From Candidatus Dormiibacterota bacterium (GTDB lineage: Bacteria > Chloroflexota > Dormibacteria > Dormibacterales > Dormibacteraceae), in contig CATPBO010000139.1 in the NCBI GenBank assembly GCA_955652835.1, positions 1-57,290 on the forward strand: a stretch of DNA of 57,290 nucleotides, in the 5' to 3' direction. The position numbers and the translations under genes were made by a program. This document shows, piece after piece, positions 1-10,319 of this stretch. The notes below the pieces were generated by a model. That model was not told where the DNA came from, searched no databases, and saw only the letters and a program-made list of their open reading frames with translations. Numbering within the stretch: the first letter of the stretch is position 1; each line of letters begins with the position of its first letter.

Positions 1-114
1 AACCTCTATGCAGCCGGCGCGGTCCTGGGCGGATATGACTACAGCGGGCCTTGCGGCTTCGGCGTGCCGATTCTCACCGGCTGGCTGGCCGGCCGCTGGG
101 CAGCGAAATCATGA
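1..114 (+). CDS. 3' end of a gene entering from upstream: C-terminus of an FAD-dependent oxidoreductase (GlpB-like tail)
   Basis: Frame 1 is open from base 1 to TGA 112-114. It is absent from the ORF track because it has no start in the window. It translates to NLYAAGAVLGGYDYSGPCGFGVPILTGWLAGRWAAKS*. The 'NLYAAG..LGG' tail resembles FAD-dependent oxidoreductases such as anaerobic G3P dehydrogenase subunit B. Its stop overlaps the next start as ATGA. Confidence 0.4.
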   Translation, partial: NLYAAGAVLGGYDYSGPCGFGVPILTGWLAGRWAAKS

Positions 115-1481
115 GGGCCGAGCTCGAGAAGATCGTCGGTTCCGCCGCTGTCGACGAGCGGGCGGTGCGCGACCTGTGGCCGCTCGGAATCATGGACGAG
201 CGCGCGGGCAAGCCCAGCACACCCGTCCTGGTCGCGCGCCCGACTGGGCGCGAGCAGGTTGCTGCAATCCTCGTCTGGGCCGGCGCGAATGGCGTATCCG
301 TCACGCCCATGGGTGGAGGCAGCGGTGTTTGCGGCGCTCTCTCGCCCGAAGCCGGGGACCTAGTGCTCGACATGAGTGCGTTCGACCGCATCCTCGAGGT
401 CGACGAGGCTAACCTGACGTGCAAGTGCGAATCGGGCGTCAACGGCCTGCGCCTCGAGGAGCACTTGAATGAGCGCGGGTTGACGCTTGGTCACTTCCCA
501 ACCTCGCTGCCCGGAACCACCCTCGGTGGTCTCATCGCCACGCGATCGTCGGGGCAGGAGTCGAGCCGGTACGGCAGCATCGAGGACATGGTGCTCGGAC
601 TGGCAGTCGTGCTGCCCGATGGAACATTCGCTGCGCCCAGGCCAGGACCTCGGTCTGCGGTCGGCCCAGCTTTGCATCAGCTCTGGCTCGGCTCGGAAGG
701 CGCACTGGGCGTGGTCACCGGCGCTGTGCTGCGTGTGCACCGCCTGCCCGAATCGGTCATCGGGGGCGGCTACGGCTTTCCCGACCTCGCAACCGGGCTC
801 GAGTCGATGCGGGCGATCATGCAGTCGGGAATCAGGCCGCTGGTCATGCGCCTCTATGACCCCGAAGACACGGCGTTCAACGGCTACGACCTACCTGACG
901 GTGGATGCTTGCTCGTGGTCGCCAACGCCGGACTTTCGGGTGTCGCGAGGGCCGAGGCCGACGCTGTGAAGAGCTTCGCCGCCGCCGCGGCGGCGGCGGA
1001 CCTCGGCGAGGATCCATGGCTGCGCTGGCAGAAGCATCGCTTCGATCTTTCGGCGGACCGCTTGAAAACCTTTCTCGCGCCACCGGGTGCGTACCTGGAC
1101 ACGATCGAGCTGGCAGCACCCTGGACTGTGCTGCACGACCTTCATGCGAGGGTCAAACCCGCAATAGCTGTCGGCGGATTGGCGTTATGCCACTTCAGTC
1201 ATGCCTATGAGCAGGGCTGCTGCGCGTACTTCACGTTCGGGGGGTCGGGAGATACCGAGCCGGACGCCCGATCGGCATACATCCGGGCGTGGGAGGGCGC
1301 GATGAGCATCGCCCTCGAGCTTGGCGCGACCATCAGCCACCACCACGGGGTGGGGCGAGCGCGAGTGCGTTGGGTCGCCGATGAGATGGGAGGTTGGATG
1401 CGAGTGTGGCGATCGATCAAGGAAAGTGTTGACCCTAAAGGGGTGATGAACCCGCGCGCCGTGGGAGGCGGTAAGCCATAG
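111..1481 (+). CDS. FAD-linked oxidase, PCMH-type FAD-binding domain (GlcD / alkyl-DHAP-synthase-like)
   Basis: ORF 51..1481. ATG 111 is preferred because of the ATGA overlap with the upstream stop. It carries the 'VTPMGGGSGVCGA' FAD loop and the C-terminal 'SHHHGVGRAR' motif of FAD-linked oxidases. Confidence 0.8.
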   Translation: MRAELEKIVGSAAVDERAVRDLWPLGIMDERAGKPSTPVLVARPTGREQVAAILVWAGANGVSVTPMGGGSGVCGALSPEAGDLVLDMSAFDRILEVDEANLTCKCESGVNGLRLEEHLNERGLTLGHFPTSLPGTTLGGLIATRSSGQESSRYGSIEDMVLGLAVVLPDGTFAAPRPGPRSAVGPALHQLWLGSEGALGVVTGAVLRVHRLPESVIGGGYGFPDLATGLESMRAIMQSGIRPLVMRLYDPEDTAFNGYDLPDGGCLLVVANAGLSGVARAEADAVKSFAAAAAAADLGEDPWLRWQKHRFDLSADRLKTFLAPPGAYLDTIELAAPWTVLHDLHARVKPAIAVGGLALCHFSHAYEQGCCAYFTFGGSGDTEPDARSAYIRAWEGAMSIALELGATISHHHGVGRARVRWVADEMGGWMRVWRSIKESVDPKGVMNPRAVGGGKP

Positions 1482-1600
1482 GCGCCCGGTCCGGCGCCCC
1501 GGTCCTGTTCATCGTCAATCCAGCGTCGGGGGCCGGCAAGGCTGCTCGCGAGTGGTCGGCGATCGAGACCTGGCTGCCCGGAGCCGGCCTGCCATACGAG

Positions 1601-2419
1601 GTGGCCCTCACGACGCGCCCGCTCGACGCGACGGAGATTGCACAGCGGGCGGTGAAGGAATCGCGGCCGGTGGTGGTCGCGGTCGGCGGTGACGGCACCT
1701 TGAATGAGGTCGTCAACGGTTTCTTCCACAACGGGGCACCGATCCCAACGACGAGCAAGCTGGCCATGGTGCCCCTTGGAACGGGCGGGGACTTTCGCCG
1801 GACGATGCGCATCCCGCTCGACAGCAAGGCGGCCATCCAGGTCATCAGCACCGGGCTGGTCAGGCGACTCGACGCGGGCTGCGTCACGTATCAGGACCAC
1901 GATGGCAGCACTGGCGTCAGGCATTTCATCAACATCGCGGACGCCGGCTATGGCGGCGAAGTCGTCCATCGTGTCAACAGGGGCAGCAAGCGGCTGGGCC
2001 CGGCGACGTTCACGCTGACGGCGTTCCTCACGTTGATGGCATGGAAGAACAAACCCATGACCGTGGCCATCGACGGCGTCAGCCATGACCTGGTCGCGCA
2101 GCAGGTCGTGGTCGCGAACTGCCAGTACTTCGGCGGCGGGATGCGGATGGCGCCGGCGGCCTCGCCGACCGATGGGGTTTTCGACGTCATTCTGATCGGT
2201 AACGCCGGCAAGCTCGAGACCATCCGAGGCATGGGCGACATCAGGAACGGCAAGCACCTGGACCAGAGCAACCCGAAGATCCAGCTCGTGTACGGCAAGC
2301 GGATCTCGATCGCGTCGCCCGAGAAGGTGCGCATCGACCTCGACGGCGAGCAGCCAGGTTTCCTGCCGGCGCTCTTTGAAATTCAGCCAGGAGCGATCGA
2401 GTTCATCACGCCTCGGTAA
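1601..2419 (+). CDS. Diacylglycerol-kinase-family lipid kinase (YegS/BmrU-like). The true N-terminus probably lies upstream, near 1478-1505.
   Basis: 'VAVGGDGTLNEVVNG' and 'PLGTGGDF' DAGK catalytic motifs. GTG 1601 is the first canonical start, but the same frame upstream encodes 'VLFIVNPASGAGKA', which is the conserved N-terminal motif (see finding). Confidence 0.8.
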   Translation: MALTTRPLDATEIAQRAVKESRPVVVAVGGDGTLNEVVNGFFHNGAPIPTTSKLAMVPLGTGGDFRRTMRIPLDSKAAIQVISTGLVRRLDAGCVTYQDHDGSTGVRHFINIADAGYGGEVVHRVNRGSKRLGPATFTLTAFLTLMAWKNKPMTVAIDGVSHDLVAQQVVVANCQYFGGGMRMAPAASPTDGVFDVILIGNAGKLETIRGMGDIRNGKHLDQSNPKIQLVYGKRISIASPEKVRIDLDGEQPGFLPALFEIQPGAIEFITPR

Positions 2420-2539
2420 GCGGCTCGAATGCCGCGCGTGCCGGCCGCCGCGGGATTGGCGATGGACCCAAACCCGCCGTAGTCGGCACTGCCAGGAAAA
2501 AAACCTGTCTGTAATCCGGACCCATAGATAATTCGGCCC

Positions 2540-4045
2540 GTGACCAAAGGAGTCATCGCCACACCACACCAGCTTGCATCTGAGGTCGGAGCGCAGGTGC
2601 TTCGCGATGGCGGCAATGCCATTGACGCTGCGATCGCGGCGAATGCGGTCCTATGCGTCGTGTACCCACACATGACTTCTGTCGGCGGCGACTTGATGGC
2701 GATCGTCTGGCCGGCGGGCGCCTCAGGCCCGTTGGGGCTGATCGGGGCCGGACGTTCGGGCGAGCTCGCGACGATCGAGGCCGTTCGATCGCGGGGGCAC
2801 GACGAGATGCCTGAGCGGGGAATCCTCACGGTCACGGTGCCCGGCACCGTCGAAGCATGGGGGCGCCTGCTCGAGCGCTTTGGAACTCTCGGACTCGGCG
2901 CCGTTCTCGAGCCTGCGGCGGCGCTGGCGGGGGACGGCTTTGTCATCACCCCTCAGCTTTCCGACTTCCTAAAGGCGGCCGCGGACGTGCTGGGGCGCGA
3001 GCCCGCCGCGCAGAAGCTGTATCCGCCGATGGAGGCCGGAATGCTCTTGCGAAACCCGGACCTTGCATCTGTTCTGAAGGACATCGGCCGTGGTGGAATC
3101 AGCGGCTTCTATCGAGGCGAGATCGCGTCTGCCATCGCCTCGGCGATCAAGCGGCGTGACGGCCTGGTGACGGCCCGCGACCTGGCCGCTCACCGCTCTC
3201 ACTGGGTGGATCCCATCACAGTCGAATATCGGGACGTCACCGTGTACGAGCTCCCGCCCCCAACCCAGGGCCTCACGGCGCTCGCGATGCTGGCGAGGTT
3301 GAACGAGCTGCCGCACGAAGAGCTGCAGCCCGGCCCTGGATTCGTCGTCCATTTCAAACGGATTCGGGACGCGTGCTATCCGCTGCGCGACCGGTACATA
3401 ACGGACCCGGACTTCGCCGTCGCCCCACTGCAGCCGTTCCTCGATCCGGCCCAGGCGGCGGCGGGCGGTGCTGCTTCGCTACGCGAAGGCGGGGACACCG
3501 TCTATCTGTGCGCCGCCGACGAGCACGGCAACCTGGTTTCGCTGATCCAGAGCGTAGCTTTCGACTTCGGGTCTGGCATCGTCGCCGAGGGAACAGGGAT
3601 GCTGCTGCAGAACCGCGGTGCGTACTTCAGCCTGGCTCCCGACCACGTAAACCGGTTGGAACCTCGCAAGCGGACCATGCACACGCTGATCCCGGCGATG
3701 GCGACCCGCGATGGCCGGCCCTGGAGCATCTTCGGCACCATGGGCGGCGACGGGCAGCCGCAGCTGCAAGCCCAGGTGCTGATCAACCTGGTCGATCACG
3801 CTCTGGATCCGCCCGAGGCTGTGTGGCGGCCGCGGATCAGAGTGCAGGCCGGGGGTGCGCGAACCTCGCTCGAAGCCGACTATCCGCACGCCGCAGAGCT
3901 GGCTCGGTCGGATCGGGGTTTTGAGCTGATGCCGTCGAGACACCACTCGTTCGGCCACGCCCACGCGATAGTCATCGACGGTCCCACAGCATGGCGTGCC
4001 GGCGCAGATCCGCGCTCCGACGGCACCGCGGTATTTGCCCTCTGA
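2540..4045 (+). CDS. ggt: Gamma-glutamyltranspeptidase family protein with no obvious signal peptide
   Basis: N-terminal 'ATPHQLASEVGAQVLRDGGNAIDAAIAA'. Autoprocessing/nucleophile region 'GGDTVYLCAADEHGNLVSLIQSVAFDFGSGIVAEGTGMLLQNRG'. 'FGTMGGDGQPQ' lies near the C-terminus. Confidence 0.85.
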   Translation: MTKGVIATPHQLASEVGAQVLRDGGNAIDAAIAANAVLCVVYPHMTSVGGDLMAIVWPAGASGPLGLIGAGRSGELATIEAVRSRGHDEMPERGILTVTVPGTVEAWGRLLERFGTLGLGAVLEPAAALAGDGFVITPQLSDFLKAAADVLGREPAAQKLYPPMEAGMLLRNPDLASVLKDIGRGGISGFYRGEIASAIASAIKRRDGLVTARDLAAHRSHWVDPITVEYRDVTVYELPPPTQGLTALAMLARLNELPHEELQPGPGFVVHFKRIRDACYPLRDRYITDPDFAVAPLQPFLDPAQAAAGGAASLREGGDTVYLCAADEHGNLVSLIQSVAFDFGSGIVAEGTGMLLQNRGAYFSLAPDHVNRLEPRKRTMHTLIPAMATRDGRPWSIFGTMGGDGQPQLQAQVLINLVDHALDPPEAVWRPRIRVQAGGARTSLEADYPHAAELARSDRGFELMPSRHHSFGHAHAIVIDGPTAWRAGADPRSDGTAVFAL

Positions 4046-4073
4046 CGGCTGAAACTGCCCCGCCCGTATACTT

Positions 4074-4418
4074 TTGCCCAGTTTGGCAGCAGGAACGGAA
4101 GTCAAAGGCAAGCTGATCGCGGAGTACAAACGCGCTGAGAACGACACGGGTTCCCCCGAGGTCCAGATCGCGCTTTCGAACACCCGCATCCGGGAGCTCA
4201 CCGAGCACCTGAAGACGCATGCCAAGGACCATCACTCGCGCCGCGGCCTCCTTCTCCTGGTGGGCAAGCAACGGCGCCTGCTGAACTACCTGAAGGACAC
4301 CGACATCGAGCGGTATCGGGCTCTTGTCGGCAAGCTCGGAATCAGGGTAGCCGGGCGCACCAAGCTAACGGGGCGCGCGCAGGCCGCCCCAACTGGACCG
4401 GAAGCGCCGGTCACGTAA
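4074..4418 (+). CDS. rpsO: 30S ribosomal protein S15 with a ~25-aa C-terminal extension
   Basis: '[68 protein letters not shown]'. TTG 4083 would give a more typical N-terminal length than TTG 4074. Confidence 0.9.
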   Translation: MPSLAAGTEVKGKLIAEYKRAENDTGSPEVQIALSNTRIRELTEHLKTHAKDHHSRRGLLLLVGKQRRLLNYLKDTDIERYRALVGKLGIRVAGRTKLTGRAQAAPTGPEAPVT

Positions 4419-4425
4419 GTCAATC

Positions 4426-4578
4426 GGGAGGACCCCACGCTGGTTAGCGCGGGTCAGCTCTTAGAAGCTCTCACTCAGGCCCAGTGCGCGCCGCGCACGT
4501 ACCGCAAAACCTAAGCGACAGCTGCTAGGAACCTGACCAGGTCGCACCTCCGGGGGCCGTCCTCCCAGAACATGGAGG
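4426..4578 (+). promoter_or_regulatory. pnp leader with an SD-mimic / anti-SD / SD arrangement
   Basis: GGGAGGAC (4426-4433) is the exact reverse complement of GTCCTCCC (4559-4566). The CCTCC within that second segment (4561-4565) can alternatively pair with the pnp Shine-Dalgarno GGAGG (4574-4578), which lies 7 nt before GTG 4586. There is also a GC palindrome GTGCGCGCCGCGCAC at 4484-4498. Confidence 0.35.
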
Positions 4579-4585
4579 TATTGCT

Positions 4586-6820
<2,235 letters not shown>

Positions 6821-6827
6821 ATAGGTA

Positions 6828-7580
6828 ATGGCCGAGCCGATTCGAGTCGCGGTCGCCGGATACCGCGGCAAGGTCGGCTCGGTGCTCGCCGCGGCCCTTC
6901 AATCCGAGCCGGGGATCGAGTACGTCGGCGGAGTCGAGCTGGGCGATGACCTGGCAGCCTTCCTCCACGAGAAAAGGCCACGCGCGCTCGTCGACTTCAC
7001 ACAGCCCTCGGAAGCTCTTCACAACGCGCTTGCTGCTGTCGCGTCTGGCGCTTCGCCCGTCGTAGGTACGACAGGCATGAGCGCGGACGCGGTCGACAAG
7101 CTGGATACAGCGTGCAAGAGCAAGGGTCTGGGCGGGATCGTTGCTCCGAACTTCGCCGTCGGCGCGGTGCTGATGATGCACCTGGCCGATATCGCCGCCC
7201 CGCATTTCGACGCCGTCGAGGTCATCGAGATGCACCACGCGACCAAGCTGGACGCGCCGTCGGGAACGGCGCTCTCCACAGCGAGACGCCTTGCCGCGAA
7301 GCGGCGTGACAAACCATTCAGCCACAAGAAAGCTGAGAAAGAGACCCTGCCCGGGACGCGCGGTGGGGAGGAGGGGAACGTCGCCGTGCACAGCGTGCGC
7401 CTGCCCGGCTTCGTCGCCGACCAGGAGGTCATCTTCGGGCTGCCGGGACAGACGCTGACGATCGTGCACCGGACGACGAGCCGTGAGGCTTACATCCCGG
7501 GCGTGGTGCTCGCAATCCATAAGGTGACGGCAGAACCGCGCTTTTATCGCGGCCTCGACGAACTCTTGGGCCTTCGGTAA
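6828..7580 (+). CDS. dapB: 4-hydroxy-tetrahydrodipicolinate reductase
   Basis: 'VAVAGYRGKVG' NAD(P) loop, 'VVGTTG', and 'EMHHATKLDAPSGTA'. Confidence 0.9.
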   Translation: MAEPIRVAVAGYRGKVGSVLAAALQSEPGIEYVGGVELGDDLAAFLHEKRPRALVDFTQPSEALHNALAAVASGASPVVGTTGMSADAVDKLDTACKSKGLGGIVAPNFAVGAVLMMHLADIAAPHFDAVEVIEMHHATKLDAPSGTALSTARRLAAKRRDKPFSHKKAEKETLPGTRGGEEGNVAVHSVRLPGFVADQEVIFGLPGQTLTIVHRTTSREAYIPGVVLAIHKVTAEPRFYRGLDELLGLR

Positions 7581-7589
7581 ACTGACTTA

Positions 7590-8654
7590 ATGGCCACCTC
7601 CGAGCGACTAAACGTTGCTGTTGTTGGCGCGACTGGAATGGTCGGGAACGAGATACTGCGCGTGCTCGCCCAGCGAAAGTTCCGGAGCGAGCGGATCATC
7701 GCGCTCGCGTCGGAACGTTCCAAGGGATTGATGGTCGCTTACAACGGGAGCTCGATCAAGGTCGAGCCGCTGGACGAGAAGGCGTTCAAGGGCATCGACA
7801 TCGCCCTCTTCGCTGCAAGCAGCGATATCGGATTGATGTACGGACCTATCGCGGCCGAGGCCGGCGCGCTGGTGATCGACAACAGCTCAGCTTGGCGCAT
7901 GAAGGAAAACGTTCCGTTGGTCGTGCCCGAGGTCAACAGCGACGACATCCGGGCCAATGAGGGCATCATCGCCAACCCCAACTGCTGCACGATCCCGCTC
8001 ACGGTCATCCTCAACCCTCTGAAGAATGCAGTGGGCCTGGAGCGCGTTCTGGTCTCGACGTATCAATCTGCTTCGGGTGCCGGTCGCGCGCTTGTCGATG
8101 AACTCGAGGACCAGACCAAAGCGATCGCTGCCGGCACCGAGCCGCAGGCGGTCGCCTATCCGTACCAGCTGGCTTACAACGTCGTGCCAGGTGGATGGAG
8201 GCCCGAGGCCGAGGGCTACAACGAGGAAGAGGTCAAGATCGTCAACGAGACTCGGAAGATCCTCCATATGCCGGACCTGCGCATCACCGCCACGTGTGTG
8301 CGTGTGCCCGTGCCGGTTGGACACGGAGAGTCCGTGTTCCTGGAAACCACCGACAAGATCACGGCCTATGAGGCACGCACGCTTTTCGGCACCGCGCCCG
8401 GGGTGATAGTCGAGGACGACCCGCACGCCAAGCTGTATCCGACACCGCACAACGTAGCGGGCAAAGACGAGGTGTATGTTGGCCGCATCCGAAACGACGC
8501 CTCGACCAAGAACGGCCTGGCGCTCTGGCTCGTGTCTGACAATCTGCGCAAGGGGGCCGCGTTGAACGCGGTCCAGATCGCCGAGCGAGCTGTAGAAATG
8601 GGGGTGATAACGGCCGGCGCCACCCGTCATCGCGCATCTGACGGTCAAACATGA
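7590..8654 (+). CDS. asd: Aspartate-semialdehyde dehydrogenase
   Basis: 'VAVVGATGMVG', active-site 'IANPNCCTIPL', and 'YQSASGAG'. Confidence 0.9.
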   Translation: MATSERLNVAVVGATGMVGNEILRVLAQRKFRSERIIALASERSKGLMVAYNGSSIKVEPLDEKAFKGIDIALFAASSDIGLMYGPIAAEAGALVIDNSSAWRMKENVPLVVPEVNSDDIRANEGIIANPNCCTIPLTVILNPLKNAVGLERVLVSTYQSASGAGRALVDELEDQTKAIAAGTEPQAVAYPYQLAYNVVPGGWRPEAEGYNEEEVKIVNETRKILHMPDLRITATCVRVPVPVGHGESVFLETTDKITAYEARTLFGTAPGVIVEDDPHAKLYPTPHNVAGKDEVYVGRIRNDASTKNGLALWLVSDNLRKGAALNAVQIAERAVEMGVITAGATRHRASDGQT

Positions 8655-8685
8655 GATGCCAATGTGCTTCATTGCCAGCGGCTGT

Positions 8686-8710
8686 GATGGCCTGGGGAAC
8701 CCAGGCCATC
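8686..8710 (+). promoter_or_regulatory. Perfect 11-bp hairpin in the asd-dapA spacer
   Basis: GATGGCCTGGG-GAA-CCCAGGCCATC. No downstream T-tract. Confidence 0.4.
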
Positions 8711-8726
8711 AGGTGGCACGGGCCAT

Positions 8727-8765
8727 CGCCCGAAAATCCGCACCCGTCACCGCGATTTTCGGGCG
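8727..8765 (+). promoter_or_regulatory. Perfect 12-bp stem with a 15-nt loop, directly upstream of the dapA RBS
   Basis: CGCCCGAAAATC (8727-8738) pairs with GATTTCGGGCG (8754-8765). It is followed by the 'GGAAAGGAAGGGGA' RBS region and ATG 8789. Confidence 0.4.
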
Positions 8766-8788
8766 GGAAAGGAAGGGGACATTAACCG

Positions 8789-9697
8789 ATGACGACTGAA
8801 GTCGGACGCCTGCTGACCGCGATGATCACCCCGTTCAAAGCGGACGGGTCGGTGGATTACGAAGCCGCCGAAAAAATGGCGGTCCTACTCGTCGCCGACG
8901 GGTCGGACGGAGTGGTGATCGCCGGCACCACCGGCGAAGCGCCTGCCTTGAGTGACGACGAGAAGATCGAGCTGCTCAAGGCGGTCAAGAAAGCCATCCC
9001 CGGTAAGAGTGTCGTCGCCGGCACGGGCAGCAACGACACGCATCACTCGGTGAAGCTCTCCGGGCGCGCAATGCAGGCAGGGGCCGATGCGCTGCTCGCC
9101 GTCGTGCCTTACTACAACAAACCTCCGCAAGAGGGCATGTACCAGCACTTCAAGGCGATCTCAGAGGTGGGGCCGACCATCATGTACAACATCCAGGGCC
9201 GCACCGCCGTCAACATGACGGCGGCGACCACTCTGCGGTGCGCAGAGCTGCCGGGGATCATCGGCGTCAAAGAGGCGAGCGGGGACCTGGACCAGATCGG
9301 ATTCGTCTGCGCCGGCAAGCCGGGGAGCTTCAAGGTATGGAGCGGCGACGACAGCTGGTCCCTTGCGGTCCTCGCCACTGGCGGCTATGGCGTGATCTGC
9401 GTCGTGTCGCACATCGCCGGTCGCTCGATGAAGAAGTTGATCGATGCGTACTCGAAGGGCGACAACGACGGCGCACGGAGGATCCACCTCGGACTGCTGC
9501 CTGTGATCAAGACTCTCATGACGACCGCCGCCAACCCGGTGCCGATCAAGTCGGTCCTGAACGCCATGGGCTTCCCGGCGGGGCCGTTCCGGCTCCCGCT
9601 CGTGCCGTTGACCGACGAACAGCTGCAGTCGGTCATGAAGACGGTGCGCGATGCCGCTGATCTGATCACATTCAAGGCGGGAGTAAAAGTCGCTTAG
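8789..9697 (+). CDS. dapA: 4-hydroxy-tetrahydrodipicolinate synthase
   Basis: 'AMITPF', 'GVVIAGTTGEAPALS', 'VPYYNKP', 'IIGVKEASGD'. Confidence 0.9.
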   Translation: MTTEVGRLLTAMITPFKADGSVDYEAAEKMAVLLVADGSDGVVIAGTTGEAPALSDDEKIELLKAVKKAIPGKSVVAGTGSNDTHHSVKLSGRAMQAGADALLAVVPYYNKPPQEGMYQHFKAISEVGPTIMYNIQGRTAVNMTAATTLRCAELPGIIGVKEASGDLDQIGFVCAGKPGSFKVWSGDDSWSLAVLATGGYGVICVVSHIAGRSMKKLIDAYSKGDNDGARRIHLGLLPVIKTLMTTAANPVPIKSVLNAMGFPAGPFRLPLVPLTDEQLQSVMKTVRDAADLITFKAGVKVA

Positions 9698-9710
9698 TTC
9701 TCCGGAGCTG

Positions 9711-10319
9711 ATGAGGCTCCACGACGAGATCCGCTCGTGCAAGAACTGCGGCCTGCATGCGACTCGCACCCAGGCGGTTCCAGGCGTCGGCCCGTCTCCG
9801 GCCGACATCATGATCGTCGGCGAGGCCCCCGGATTCAACGAGGACCGGCAGGGCGAGCCCTTCGTCGGCGCCGCGGGCAAGCTGCTCGACACTCTTCTCG
9901 CCCGGATCGGGCTCAGCCGGGCGGACGTGTACATCACCAATGTGCTGAAGTGCCGCCCGCCGATGAACCGCGACCCGATGCCCAACGAAGCCGAGTCATG
10001 CTCGCCATATCTCAAGCGCCAGCTGGACTTGGTGCAGCCCAAGGTTGTCCTCATCCTGGGCCGACACGCGCTCGAGCGCCTGATGCCGGGCCAGGGCTCC
10101 ATTTCGCGCGTCCATGGGAGCCTGGTGAGGCGAGGTGACGTCGCCTACGTGCCGCTTTACCACCCTGCCGCCGCGCTGCACAACGGCGCGCTGGTGGCTG
10201 ATCTCGAGCACGACTTCGACCGCGTGAAGGCGTATCTGGAGAAGCTGCTGGCTCCGCCTCCGCCACCCGTTCCGGTCGCACCACCGAAGCAGGAGACGGA
10301 ACAGCTGCGCCTGTTGTGA
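9711..10319 (+). CDS. Family-4 uracil-DNA glycosylase (Fe-S type)
   Basis: 'CKNCGL' followed by 'IMIVGEAPGFNEDRQGEPFVGAAGKLL', 'NVLKCRPP' and 'HPAA'. Confidence 0.85.
   Translation: MRLHDEIRSCKNCGLHATRTQAVPGVGPSPADIMIVGEAPGFNEDRQGEPFVGAAGKLLDTLLARIGLSRADVYITNVLKCRPPMNRDPMPNEAESCSPYLKRQLDLVQPKVVLILGRHALERLMPGQGSISRVHGSLVRRGDVAYVPLYHPAAALHNGALVADLEHDFDRVKAYLEKLLAPPPPPVPVAPPKQETEQLRLL

Noticed and set aside
1205-2569. Long antisense ORFs opposite clearly recognisable genes. Examples: 1205..2569(-), 5597..6871(-), 11006..12259(-), 12699..14114(-), 22859..23971(-), 27927..29129(-), 29110..30423(-), 38417..39511(+), 41607..42710(+), 45442..46548(-), 50200..51195(-), 55205..56527(-).
   Set aside because: These are typical high-GC shadow ORFs. 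Their translations are Arg/Pro/Gly/Ala-rich and low in complexity, with no motifs. Each fully overlaps a gene with strong family signatures on the other strand.
8655-8788. A lysine (L-box) riboswitch upstream of dapA.
   Set aside because: The spacer is too short, and the conserved L-box junction motifs are not recognisable. Only two simple perfect hairpins are present.
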